A stretch of 64,000 bases of DNA from Utricularia gibba (lineage: Eukaryota; Plantae; Magnoliophyta): the NCBI GenBank assembly GCA_002189035.1, contig CM007992.1:3658001-3722000 (forward strand), in the 5' to 3' direction. The number at the start of each line of letters is the position of its first letter. Within the stretch, counting starts at the first letter, position 1. The translations under genes and the position numbers were made by a program. Of the stretch, positions 26,839 to 38,368 are shown one piece after another. The notes below the pieces were generated by a model. That model saw only the letters and a list, made by a program, of their open reading frames with translations, had not been told where the DNA came from and ran no database searches.

Positions 26839-26853
26839 ATGGCGGCGGCGCAG
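26839..26853 (+). promoter_or_regulatory. GCC-box-like element of SHI/STY promoters
   Basis: ATGGCGGCGGCGCAG, about 455 bp 5' of the SHI/STY ATG; resembles the conserved GGCGGC-core element described upstream of SHI/STY family genes. Confidence 0.65.
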
Positions 26854-27293
26854 AGCTCATCTCCTTTAATGCTCCGCAGCGCCGGTTCAAGAACCTTCTG
26901 ACCGAGTGAATCGAAAAAGGAAGGCACCAACCAAATCTCGGTTCGATCTCATTTAACCCCCCCCTGTGGGTTGGTTGGTGCAGAGGAGGAGGAAGAATCT
27001 TCTTCTTTTCTGATTTTGAGTAGCCGCGGGGTTTGGGTTTGCTCGTACGGCGTCTTCTCATTCATTCGCAATTCAGAGCTTGTCTGTCTCCGAACCCATA
27101 ATTCAAGAATCCCGAAAACAGTACCTGGGGGAAGAATTAAACGCCCCCATGCATTATTTTCTCTTCTCCTCAATTCATCTTTTCTTTCCTTTGGTTTGGG
27201 TTGCTTTCCAGCTAGAGGAGATTGTCGGTCATAATTAATATCTACAAGAAACAAAAACCCAGTTTGAATTTCGATTCACAAAACTGGAAAGGA

Positions 27294-28708
27294 ATGGCCG
27301 GTTTTTTCTCACTCGGCACCGGCGGAGGAAGGGCTGCGACCGCCGATCAGGAACCCAGTGGCCATAACAACAACACGGAGATGAATCCGGAGAGCTGGTT
27401 TCTCTTCAGGAATGAGGAGAATCCGTACAAAAGTTTCGAGCTTTGGCATCCGCAGCCGCACCCACAGCAGCATCAGGCTGAGAATTTCTTACAGCGGGGG
27501 ACTACTCTTCAGGATCTTTACGCTTCCGCCGGAGGCCTCGCGGTGGGACCCGGCCGCGGTGGTTTTAGTATGTCCGGCGATCATTCGCCGAGGTCGGGGT
27601 TTCTGATGATGAGGAGCAGCGGTGGGGGAGGGATCAGCTGTCAAGACTGTGGGAATCAGGCGAAGAAGGATTGCACGCACATGAGGTGCAGGACTTGTTG
27701 CAAGAGTAGAGGGTTTCAGTGCTCCACCCATGTTAAGAGCACTTGGGTTCCGGCGGCTGTCCGACGAGAGCGGCAACAGAGAATAGCGACGTTGCAGCAG
27801 CAGAATCAGAGCCAGGACCAACGGCGAGATAGGGAGATCCCTCCCGGGGTCAAAGAGAACGGCAAAAGGCATAGGAGCGAAAACACAAGCCCTGATAACA
27901 ACAACAACAACAACTCACTCTTCTGTACTCGTATTGTTACATCCATGACAGGTTGAATACAAAGCTTTGAAGTTTTGTTTCGCCATCTTACAGTCACTGG
28001 CTGCATATTAAAACCCTTGCAACTCCTTTGCGTGTGGCGAGGAAAGCCTATTTTTTTCTTTCTTTCTTCTTCTCCTTATCTTTGCTCTTTACAGCAATGC
28101 TTTCTGCAAGTCCTGACAAAGCATTTGTCAAGGATCACCTCCTATTTCCCTCCCTAGTTACCAGTTTACTACTACTACTACTGCCCTTTCTTCTTCTCAG
28201 TCTTCATTTTAAATTGTCGCAGCCTAGTTTCAATTCAAACTCCATAGCTGAATCCATATCAGGAAGCCTAGCGTCCAGAGATCATAGCCTTGTATTTTCT
28301 CTTTTTGTAGGGTTGGAGCTCGGGAGTTTCCCATCGGAAGTCAGCTCGGAGGCCGTTTTCCGGTGTGTTCGCGTCACCGCAAACGACGACGGTGAGGACA
28401 AGTTGGCCTACCAAACGGCGGTCAAGATTTGTGGACATGTCTTCAAGGGTATTCTGTACGATCAAGGCGTGGACAGCCAGCAGTACTTGGCCGGAGAAAC
28501 CTCGTCGGGTGGCGGGGGTAGTGTAAGCGCCGGCGGCGCTCAGCAGCTCAATCTGATCCCCGGAACCACTTCCGCCACAGCTACATCTGCTCCTCCCAAC
28601 ACCTCAGCCGCACCCGGTACTTCCCCTTTTCTCGATCCTTCCCTATATCCAACTCCCATCAACAGCTTCATCGCCGGCAACCAATTCTTCCCATCTTCAC
28701 GTTCGTGA
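27294..28708 (+). CDS. SRS: SHI/STY (SRS) family transcription factor, 2 exons (27294-27951, 28311-28708)
   Basis: RING-like Zn finger [40 protein letters not shown]; second exon [16 protein letters not shown]...[21 protein letters not shown] (IGGH domain, here ICGH). Confidence 0.95.
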
Positions 28709-31124
28709 CAACAATCATTCGAGGTCCATTCTACTTTAACCGGCTTATTACTGTTCATTCGCAATGTACGTAAGTTGAGGTTATAAGCAGTTTAAAGTAG
28801 AAGAAAGAAGGAGCACTGATCTGGTAATGTCTAGATATTCCGGAGTTGAATGCACAAGTTGGATTGATTATTCCCCATTTCCATACCACAAAAGGTTCGT
28901 AATTGATAGCAGCAGCAGTTACCCCCACTCCACCCCTCCTTCATTTATGCTGTGCAGCTGAAATATGGGTTGTTTATATACTTTTTTTTTTTTCCCCTCT
29001 CAAAAGTTTTGAATGACGCGACGAGATTGCTGCCTCTTCAAGTCTTTTCATTCTTTTCCTGAGTGTGTTCCAGCCATGCAATAATGCTATCTCCTCCCAC
29101 TCTCATTTATTCACTTGCCTTCTATCCCCCATTCCCGGCTGCTTTGCTTGCTCTGGAACACCCCGCAGACCCGCTCCACCGGCCCGCACATGCGTCCTGA
29201 TACCCCAACAAGGATCTCCACTTCTGGGATCCTGTTTGCAGTACCCCGAAACGCAGGGTAACCTTTTCTTTCCATGGCTCGCCCTTTAAGCATCAAATTT
29301 CGTTGCCTGTGGCCTTGCCGACTGTAGACATCACATGACGTCTGACTCCAATTAGGGTTTTTTAATCACCCCTAAAATGCCAAAATCACACCCATCGCTC
29401 CATTTCTCGCATAGTAATACTTTGGAGGCCCAGGAAGCAGCACTGCAAGCCCATGAATGTTAGTGGGCTCAATTTCCGGAAGCCATGGATTTAATTTAAA
29501 TAAAAATGAGATTAATTTACATAAAAATAAAGGATTAAAAAAATATTGATCATATAAAGTTTTATAAATAGATTTATATATAATATTACTATAAGATTTA
29601 TGATAAATAATTAGATGAAAATTTAATTAACTAAATCGATCTGATAGATATATTTGTGTTTCATTATAAATAAAAAATGATTAAAAATTTAATTTTTAAT
29701 AATAAAAATCACTACTAAACATATGATTAATGAGTATTATACTAATTATTATTAGAAAGGCGTACTTAATTAAGGTAATCTGGAATAGATGGGAATTTGA
29801 TAGTGGACCTCGGAATCAGGCGAGGCCCACAGCTCATGGCGGTTTTTTGGAGATTCTGGAATCGACGGTCGGGAATGGACCGCGGCTCCATGATCCGAGA
29901 ATCCCGACGTGGCGGTTGTGACCTGTCACTGAGTTCCAACGCTTTATGGAATTTTTTTTTTCATTTTGTCTGTGATTGTCTGGATAGCAGAAATTCCGAA
30001 AAAAATGCGGACAAGTGGCATAAATTGGGGTGGAGAACAGGGTGCTGCCTCTGGTTCAAGCAAGTGGTCCAACCGTCTTCTTGTCCGAACTCCGATGGCT
30101 ATCCCGATTCATTCTTACCCACAAAAGCTCGATAGTTCATTTTAAGTGTACTGGACAATTATGCCCTCTCACCGGCTGATCCGGTTGCTACCCACACCAA
30201 GGTGGGTGCAGGTTTTTAGCACATGGTTCCGGTTCCTTCTCCGTTGTGTTCCAAACCCTGAGGTTTTACTGCGTGAACTTTCTCTTTTTATCCTTCTTTG
30301 TTCCAATTTTCGTTGTGTTTAATCCACCTTCGGATTGAGTAGAGACAAGTTTCGTTGCGTGACGTAAATTCAATCAAGGTTTCCGTTTTTTTTTTTGACA
30401 TCTGGGTGTTTCCGATCCGGAGTTGGATTAAAATTCGAGAGCCGTGGTTTCCCCCTTGGGTTTTCGGTACGTTCCCTTGGTGCGAATGTGAGTTTGTAGT
30501 TCCATGTTTCGTTCGTGATCACGATCTGTGCGTCTCTTGTTTTTGCGGATTCTTTTTGATCCATTATGTTTCGAGATCTAAAGCCTACTGTTATCTTGTT
30601 TTGGCTTGGGGGAGAAATGGGCTTGCATTTGAAATCAGCTACTTCTGAATTTCGGTATTTCATCTCTTCAGTGTTCTTCTAATGCGGATACTCTGAATTA
30701 TGCTAGATCCATTGAATTCTAAGTTCATTAAAGCTATATAAAATTAATGAATGCCGGGAAGATTTACTTCACAATTATTCGATCGGCCGTTTTTTTTCAT
30801 TCACTTGTTTAGCGGAGGGTTTCTATGGGCTCTTCCTTTCGTATTTAATTTTTATTCATGGGTTGCCATTGTTTTCAAAATCCGGACTTGATGCCTTGTG
30901 TGTCTGGAGTTGTAGATTTGTTTGTTAGTCAAGCCTGCATTTATTTTGGCAGGAGCGAAAGTGTAATGCCATTCTTGGTTATGATTGTGTAATGATGGTT
31001 TCAGTAGGTATCTTGACCTATGATTCTGGGTTTTGTTTTTTGTGACTCTGTAGGGATTGATAGAGTTTCATCTTAAATAAAAAAAAAAGGTATTTTTGAG
31101 ACTGGCTACACTGGTGGAACCCTG

Positions 31125-33620
31125 ATGGTGTATAAGAAAAAGCTGGAATTTCCATTTAGCTGCTACAGAACTCCTGTTGTTCCCAGGGCTCCAAGATCAA
31201 TCAGGGTAACTTTCTTTGTTTTGATGTTTCTGGTGTTCTTATCTCATTTTATCAATGACGGTATCTCTCCGCAGAGAAAAAAATCAGGGGAAGTACAAAC
31301 GCTTTGCGCTTTTGAACTCCTTGCATCTGTTGCTGGAAAATTGTTGGAAGAGAGTGAAGGCTCATCTTCCAGCCATGCAACTGAGGTGAAGGTAATGCCC
31401 CAGGACGAAAATCAGAAGGAGATACCGAATATAGTTGAGTGCAAGAACGTTGATCGTGGATGTTGCAATGAGAGTGTATTTGATTCTGAAACTTCCATTC
31501 AGGAGGACAATCCATTGCCCAACAATAAGGCGGTTCATGAATCTGATCATGATCACTCTAATTCACATAAATCTTCCAGTACCTCTGAGAAACTTGACTG
31601 TGACATGAAGCTTGGAGCAAGGGAGAACAGTTTAAAAGACAGTGATATTAGTTGCGGAAGAAGCCCTTTATCAATTGATGAGCGGTTACACCTTAAAGAG
31701 TATGTAAAGGACCATACAGGGGATCTGTCTGTAGCTAATGTACTCACCGTAAAGGATCCACTTGAAGGTTCTGCAAATACTAGTTCGCACGTCAACTCTG
31801 AAAGTAGTGTAAAGCTGCGACTGCACAAGGAACCCTTTCCTTGCGGCCTGCTTCAGAGCCACTGGGATGATGTAAAGGTAGGGATTAGAGATGATGATGA
31901 AAATTTTTCGGGGTCTAATAAGGACTCCACCCGGAGGACTTTTAGGCCACAATCTCGGATTGGGCATTGTAGAGTAAGAAAGATTATGACATCCAGATAC
32001 TGGAAAGCAGCCCCCAAACTGAAGGGCTGTGGAGGAGTTTACACCACAACGAGTAAGTGGTTCCCAAGCTCTACATGTGCCTTTGAGATTTATTCTCAAA
32101 TTCCGATGTACTCTATTCAATTTTCCAATTTTATTGATTCTAACATGTAGCTTCAGGTGAGGGGATCAACCTCTTCTACAGATGCAGAAAGAGCGTCTGT
32201 GCACGAGAAAGATCTCAAGAAGCACCTGTAAAGAAGAGGAGGGTGTCTGATCACATTGGTGTGGCATATGACTGCCAAGACAACAGCAACAGCATCTCTA
32301 GTATTCCCGGGATAGGTATAAACTGGAAGCAATAGCTGGTAGGCTGTGATCTTTGGTAGAGGTCACTGACTTTGTCTGGTTACTGCATCATGTAGCGGCT
32401 GATGGTACATCTGCTCTCATGAAAGCTCGCTCGAAATCCAGGGAGCATCAGGGTACGGCTTTCTTCCAAACGTACCCACTTCTGTTTCATTTGGATTGTT
32501 ATTTTTGTACAGCTCGGTTTTGTTTCCATTTCAGTGGCAGTGAGTATAAAGTCATTCAAGGTACCAGAACTATACTTTGAGGTCCCTGAAAATGCAACCG
32601 TCGGTTCCTTGAAGGTTGATTGATAATATAGGGAAAAAGCAGTTTTTCTAGTGCGCAACTCAACTCCCCTTTGACTAAACCATTTTGCATATTTGCTGTT
32701 TCTCTCTGCAGAGAGCTGTATTAGAGGCAGTGACTGCTGTTCTCGGTCAAGGCATCCGCGTCGGAATAGTTTTCCAGGGAAAGAGCGTTAGAGATGACAA
32801 TAGAACCTTGCTGCAGGCAGGAATCTCGCAGTGCAGCAACCTTGACAATTTGGGTTTTACATTAGAGCCAAGCATTGGTCACATCTCTGAAAATCCTAAA
32901 CCGGAGCATGTCTCATTATTACGTGATTCAGACATCATCAAACAGGACAGTGATGCCAGCAAGGAGCTTGCCCCATCTTTTCCTAGTAGAAGGGCCGCTG
33001 GCGATGCTGATAAGACACTTGATGGAGCAGTTCCCCGGTTCATGGCATTGTCCCCTGTCTCTGTGATGAAGGCGGATGCTCTTGCAGCAGTTCCGTTAAA
33101 CCAGAAACCAAAACGTAGCGAACTTGCGCAGAGAAGGACAAGGAGGCCATTCTCTGCTGCAGAGGTGGAAGCACTCGTTGAAGCGGTTGAAAAGCTGGGA
33201 ACGGGAAGGTAAGACCTGAAATAAACCAACTCTTCCATGAAGAAAATCCATAATCATGTTCACATTTCAGGTGGCGCGACGTTAAAATGCGTGCTTTTGA
33301 GAATGCAGATCATAGAACTTATGTTGATCTGAAGGTGGTACACCGCGCATTCCATCTAAATAAACAAAGAAAGCAAAGCTTCTCTTGTGCCTGAACTTAC
33401 TGGTTGCGCCATATTTTCACAGGATAAGTGGAAAACATTGGTTCACACAGCCAGCATTTCCCCGCAGCAGAGAAGAGGGGAGCCTGTGCCACATGAACTG
33501 TTAGACCGAGTTCTTTCTGTCCACTCCTATTGGTCGCACCATCAGTCCAAGCATGGGAAACTGCAAGCCCTCGAGCTTCCAAGGATCACGGATTTGCAGG
33601 AGGCTGCTGTCGTAGCGTGA
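31125..33620 (+). CDS. TRP: Telomere repeat-binding protein (TRFL group I, TRP/TBP1-like; C-terminal Myb + Myb-extension)
   Basis: MVYKKKLEF...PVVPRAPRS, CAFELLASVAGKLL, ubiquitin-like SIKSFKVPELYFEVPENATVGSLK|RAVLEAV, telobox Myb RRPFSAAEVEALVEAVEKLGTGR|WRDVK...RTYVDLK|DKWKTLVHTASISPQQRRGEPVP..LLDRVL. Confidence 0.93.
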
Positions 33621-34000
33621 TGGATCTAGTAGAAGTTCAGTCCTTGGGTTCATTACATTTATACGCATTCGAGAAGTGCACATAGGCTGTGAATTATGGA
33701 TACTCTGCTTGATTCATAACATTACCATTTTGTACAATTTGGTGGAATAAAAGAATTTTTTTTAGCTGAAACCTGGTGCTTTTTTTCTAGCATAATACAA
33801 CCTAGCAAACACTTTGTGATGCACATCATCCATTGAAGGATTATGAAAATCAGTTATACTCACAGCAAGCAGAGATTCATATCAGAGGTAAGGGAATCTT
33901 ACAAGGTATATCTGAACATTGAAACACGGAACTTTTTTTGATTGATCTACAGCCGGATGAATCCGGATTTTTCAGCCAGAAGTCATCACCGCCATCATCT

Positions 34001-35131
34001 TCAATACTCAGAGGCCCATCCATTAAATCTTCCAGATGTGGATCTTACAGAACCGTTTCTAGGACTAATTCTGTAGTTCAAATTGGAGGTTTCCCTAGAT
34101 GACTGGCCTCTTCCTAAACCGAAACATGTGAATAAACCGCGAAAAAACCTCCTCAGCCCACTTCTGTCTCTTGATACGCTGCTGTCACCTCCAGCACCCC
34201 ATGAAATCCTTCTAGGGGCACCCTCATTGCTGTTGAATCCACCATCCACCTCTGTGTAAACCAGTGGGAATTCCCTCTCACCACCTCTCCTACCTCCTGA
34301 AAATCTCCCAACAGCAAAGCCTCCCCCAGGTAGCCTCCATATGGTCAATCCAACCATCTCATCACCTTCCACACTGTTCAAGTTTCTGCTAACATCCCCA
34401 CCATCATTATCGGATGGCAACTCATGTCTACACACAGGACAGGAGTTCCTAAGGGAGAGCCACGGAAAAATACAGTCTTGGTGGTACAAGTGTTTACAGG
34501 GCATCTCCTTTGCTTCAATGCCCAATTCAAAGGGTTCTTTACAGACAGCACAGTGGGAGTCAACTGCAATATGCTGATCAGCGATCTGAATATTAGGCAA
34601 TGACGCAATCGCTGCCTTTGATGCAGGCGGATGATTATCACTTCGCCCAATCGCACTCGCCTCAATGTGTGACAATTGATCCAACAATCGCTCAAAGCCG
34701 GACCCTAGTAAGAACTCAGACATAGCCGCGGGCAGCGGCCGTAGACCTGATCCCGCTCCATCATCATAATACAACTCAAAACCACCGCGAGCCGCCTCAG
34801 CCCCACTACCACCGCTCGCCTGCCTCCGAAGAACGATGACTGGATTAAAAGGAGTCCTGTCGCCCGCCTGCCTGCGGCTTCTTCTGAGTCTAGGACTGGA
34901 TCCAGAACCAGAACTTGAACCCGAACCCGTGAGAGGTACCGAATCGGCTTCCGCCGTCGTATACATCGCAGCAGCCGGAAAACGGCGCCTTCTGGAATCG
35001 GGACGCGAATTCGGAAAGGGACCATCCAGCTCCTCCACGAATCCGCCGTCACATTCCGGACAAACAACGGTTTCTTGTCTCCAAACCCTAATGAAGCGAT
35101 CGCATCTGTAACACCAATACGTCGCCGACAT
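34001..35131 (-). CDS. RDUF1: RING-H2 E3 ubiquitin ligase with N-terminal Zn ribbon and DUF1117 (RDUF-like), single exon
   Basis: YWCYRCDRF...CPECDGGFVEE; ELYYDDGAGSGLRPLP; PPASKAAI; CAVCKE...PCKHLYHQDCIFPWL..NSCPVC; VGLTIWRLPGGGFAVGRF. Paralogue number is uncertain. Confidence 0.9.
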   Translation of the reverse strand: MSATYWCYRCDRFIRVWRQETVVCPECDGGFVEELDGPFPNSRPDSRRRRFPAAAMYTTAEADSVPLTGSGSSSGSGSSPRLRRSRRQAGDRTPFNPVIVLRRQASGGSGAEAARGGFELYYDDGAGSGLRPLPAAMSEFLLGSGFERLLDQLSHIEASAIGRSDNHPPASKAAIASLPNIQIADQHIAVDSHCAVCKEPFELGIEAKEMPCKHLYHQDCIFPWLSLRNSCPVCRHELPSDNDGGDVSRNLNSVEGDEMVGLTIWRLPGGGFAVGRFSGGRRGGEREFPLVYTEVDGGFNSNEGAPRRISWGAGGDSSVSRDRSGLRRFFRGLFTCFGLGRGQSSRETSNLNYRISPRNGSVRSTSGRFNGWASEY

Positions 35132-35772
35132 CGAGATCCGATCAAATGCACAATTCTCCTGCCAACCCTCTTACCCCAAGAAATCTAACAAGAAACACAA
35201 GGCACGGGGGAGCTTGGGGAAGGCGAAGGTGTCATCCCCCATCCATCATCGCCAGTTGGGGCAGCAATTGCAAATATGGATAAATTTGGGGACCAAAACG
35301 CTAGCTTGCAATAATTGCTGTCACCCAAAGGCCAAATGCCCTTCCTAACTCACCTTTCCCCACCATCCCCTAAAATATTCCATTCTTGAATTGAAATAAA
35401 CTATTATTTTTTAAAAAATAAATGAGATTAATTTCCATAAAAATAAAATATTTTTAAAAAAATTAAACGTATTTTATAGAGAATGAATAAGATTGATAAA
35501 TGGATGGAAAAGGAAATTTTTTTTAGAGTATAAAGAGTAATATCATATTTTGAATCATAATATTTAATAAAATTTATTCAGTAGATTGATTTTTATTTTA
35601 TTATTAATTAACCAATAAATAATAAAATTATCTTGATAATTAATATATAAGGTTAAATTGAATTTTTTTTATCATATTAAGAATTAATATACGCTATTTG
35701 GAAATTTGGACTAATCTCAATATAAAAATTTTAAATTAAAGCCGAGCTTCGGCGTCAAATGCTTAAGCCCGA

Positions 35773-35839
35773 TGGGCTGACTGCTGCTTTATTGGGCCGA
35801 TAACTTGAACCGGGCCAACCATCAGCGAAGCGAGGCCCA
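35773..35839. promoter_or_regulatory. Site II cluster in the divergent RDUF/GPAT spacer
   Basis: TGGGCT 35773-35778, TGGGCC 35793-35798, GGCCCA 35834-35839. Confidence 0.45.
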
Positions 35840-36566
35840 TGTTCGATTAATCAATCAGTTTTTCATATTGAGCCGGCCACTTCTTCTAAATCAATTTGCT
35901 TGTCATTTTATTAGAAAAATAGTTTTTGTTTTCCTTAAAATGAAAAAAGTAAAAGGTTTAAATTCCAATTATTTTTTATTTTAGAAAATAGAGCTCCATT
36001 TCAATTTCGGTTGGATTCCGGGGCCATTCGATAGTAATAAATTTATTTTTAAAATAGTTTATAATAAAAAAATGATCTCAAAACACAATGTCCAATAGGG
36101 TTCAATTATTTTTTAATTTTTTGAAATAAATAAATGATTCATTGAAGACGTCGGTTGTATTCGTTTGGGCAATTGTCAACGATTAGTTGACTTTTGACCT
36201 ATTCAAACTGCTGGGTGAGCTTTGGCTCCAACTGTCGCCGCGTTCTCGTTGGTGTGTATAGACAGGCAGTTGGAAGAATGGCGAAATTCATTACTCTCCT
36301 CCGCCCTTTAATGTGGATTTATTGATCTTTCTGGCTTCGTAGCAAATTAGGTCACCCGCCGTAGGACGCCCCTACCCTCCCCAACAGGGGACATAAAAAT
36401 CCAATCTTTGAACAATCCAAGCAACCGTTGCTTTCCTTCCGCCGTGTGCTGTGAGCCCCTTGCTTTAGATGTACGGATTTATCCTATAAGTGAGGCAGAG
36501 CACTTCCCACTTCGGTGTTTCGTCTTCTTTCCTGTCGTTTTTCCTTTTTGTTGGTTGTTTTCTATA

Positions 36567-38114
36567 ATGGGGTCTGTAGTGGCGGAGTTAGAAGGCACGC
36601 TTCTGAGAGATCCCAGTGTGTTTTCGTATTTCATGTTGGTTGCCTTCGAAGCTTCGGGGCTGCTGAGATTCGTGTTGTTGTTGCTTCTATGGCCTCTGAT
36701 TCGTTTGCTCGAAGCTTGCGGCAGAGGAGATGATGGAATCAAGCTAACCATCTTCGTGGCTACTGTGGGTGTTCCTTTTGCGGAGGTTGAGAGAGTTTCC
36801 AATGCTGTTTTGACCAAGTTTCTGTACGATGATATTGAAATTGGGGCGTGGAGATTCTTCTCTTCTCACCAGCGGCGCGTCGTGGTGACCAAGATGCCGA
36901 GAGTCATGGTGGAGAGGTTTGTGAAGGAGCATTTGAGCGCCGATGCTGTTGTTGGTAGTGCACTTGGTGTTAACCGGTTTGGGCTTGTTACCGGATTTGT
37001 TGAAGACGGGTTCTCTTCGATCTCCGGGAAGGTTTCTGATTTGTTTGGAGATGAAGAGCCCAGTTTAGGCTTGGGAAGGTCTGCTTTTGGAGGATCTCTG
37101 TTTTTCAGACTCTGTAAGGTAAGAATTTCATTCCATGGCTTTAACTGACTGCTGCTGGGGTCTGGTCCTTTTCAAAGAAACATTGGTCTTTGACAGGAAC
37201 AGCGAAGTCCCCCGTTTGAATTTCAGAATGCTGTAGACGATGTTCAAATTCCGAAGCCATTACCGGTGATTTTCCACGACGGCCGTCTCGTGAAACGGCC
37301 AACTCCGGCGACGGCGCTTTTAATCCTCCTCTGGCTACCCATTGGGGTTGTTCTCGCGGTGGGGCGAATAGTTATCGGTTTGTGCATACCCTTGAACGTT
37401 GTCCGCGTCGCCGTTCCGTTAATGGGAGGGAAGTTAGTAGTTAAGGGTACGCCTCCTCCGCCGTGTGCCGCAGGGAAACCAGGGTTCCTTTTCGTGTGCA
37501 CTCACAGGACATTGCTAGACCCCGTGGTTCTCTCCTACATTCTCCAACGGCGAATCCCCGCCGTGACGTACTCCCTTTCCCGGTTATCGGAGATTCTTGC
37601 CCCGATACCGACGATTCGCCTTACCAGAGTTAAGGAAATCGACGCCCAGACGATTCGAAAAGAGTTAAAAAAAGGTGATCTCGCTGTCTGCCCTGAAGGA
37701 ACAACCTGCAGAGAGCCATTCCTCTTGAGATTCAGCGCCCTCTTCGCCGAACTCACGGACAGAATCGTCCCCGTCGCCGTCAACAACCGCGCCGGATTTT
37801 TCCACGGCACGACGGCGCGTGGATGGAAAGCACTAGACCCCATTTTCTTCTTCATGAATCCACACCCAGCTTACGAGATCACGTTCTTGAACCAGTTGCC
37901 CCTTGAAGCTACCTGTTCTTCAGGGAAATCGCCGTACGAGGTCGCAAATCACGTGCAGAACATACTCGCCCAAACACTGGGATTTGAGTGCACAAACTTG
38001 ACGAGGAAAGATAAGTACCGGATTCTAGCGGGAACCGACGGAACCGTCGGCCGGAAAAGTAGTTCGGATAAAGAAACAGCGACGGCGATCAAGAAGCTGC
38101 TTGGTTGGGGGTAA
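36567..38114 (+). CDS. GPAT5: Glycerol-3-phosphate 2-O-acyltransferase, GPAT5/7 clade, 2 exons (36567-37118, 37197-38114)
   Basis: [22 protein letters not shown]; [13 protein letters not shown]; acyltransferase motifs [39 protein letters not shown] motif I is ELE rather than DxD, as in GPAT5/7. Confidence 0.9.
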
Positions 38115-38368
38115 ACCCGTTGTAAAAAACATTAGATAGGGTCCACATTTTTTATTATATAATTTTGAAGTAATTTTTATTTAATTCCAAGGCGATTTAT
38201 TCTTAACTCTCTTTACTTAATTTCGAATTTTTATCTATGATTAAAATTTTATTAAAAAATAATTAATTTACCCCAAATTTATTTGAATTCAAATAAATTA
38301 AATATTTTAATTATAATTTGTTTGATTTAAAGCAGACGCTTGCAGACACGGGAGTCCAGGAGTTGATT

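Noticed and set aside
31125-33620. Functional link between the TRP telomere-binding gene and the telomere-like array at 61.8-62.1 kb
   Set aside because: 28 kb and ten genes apart; nothing in the sequence ties them together.
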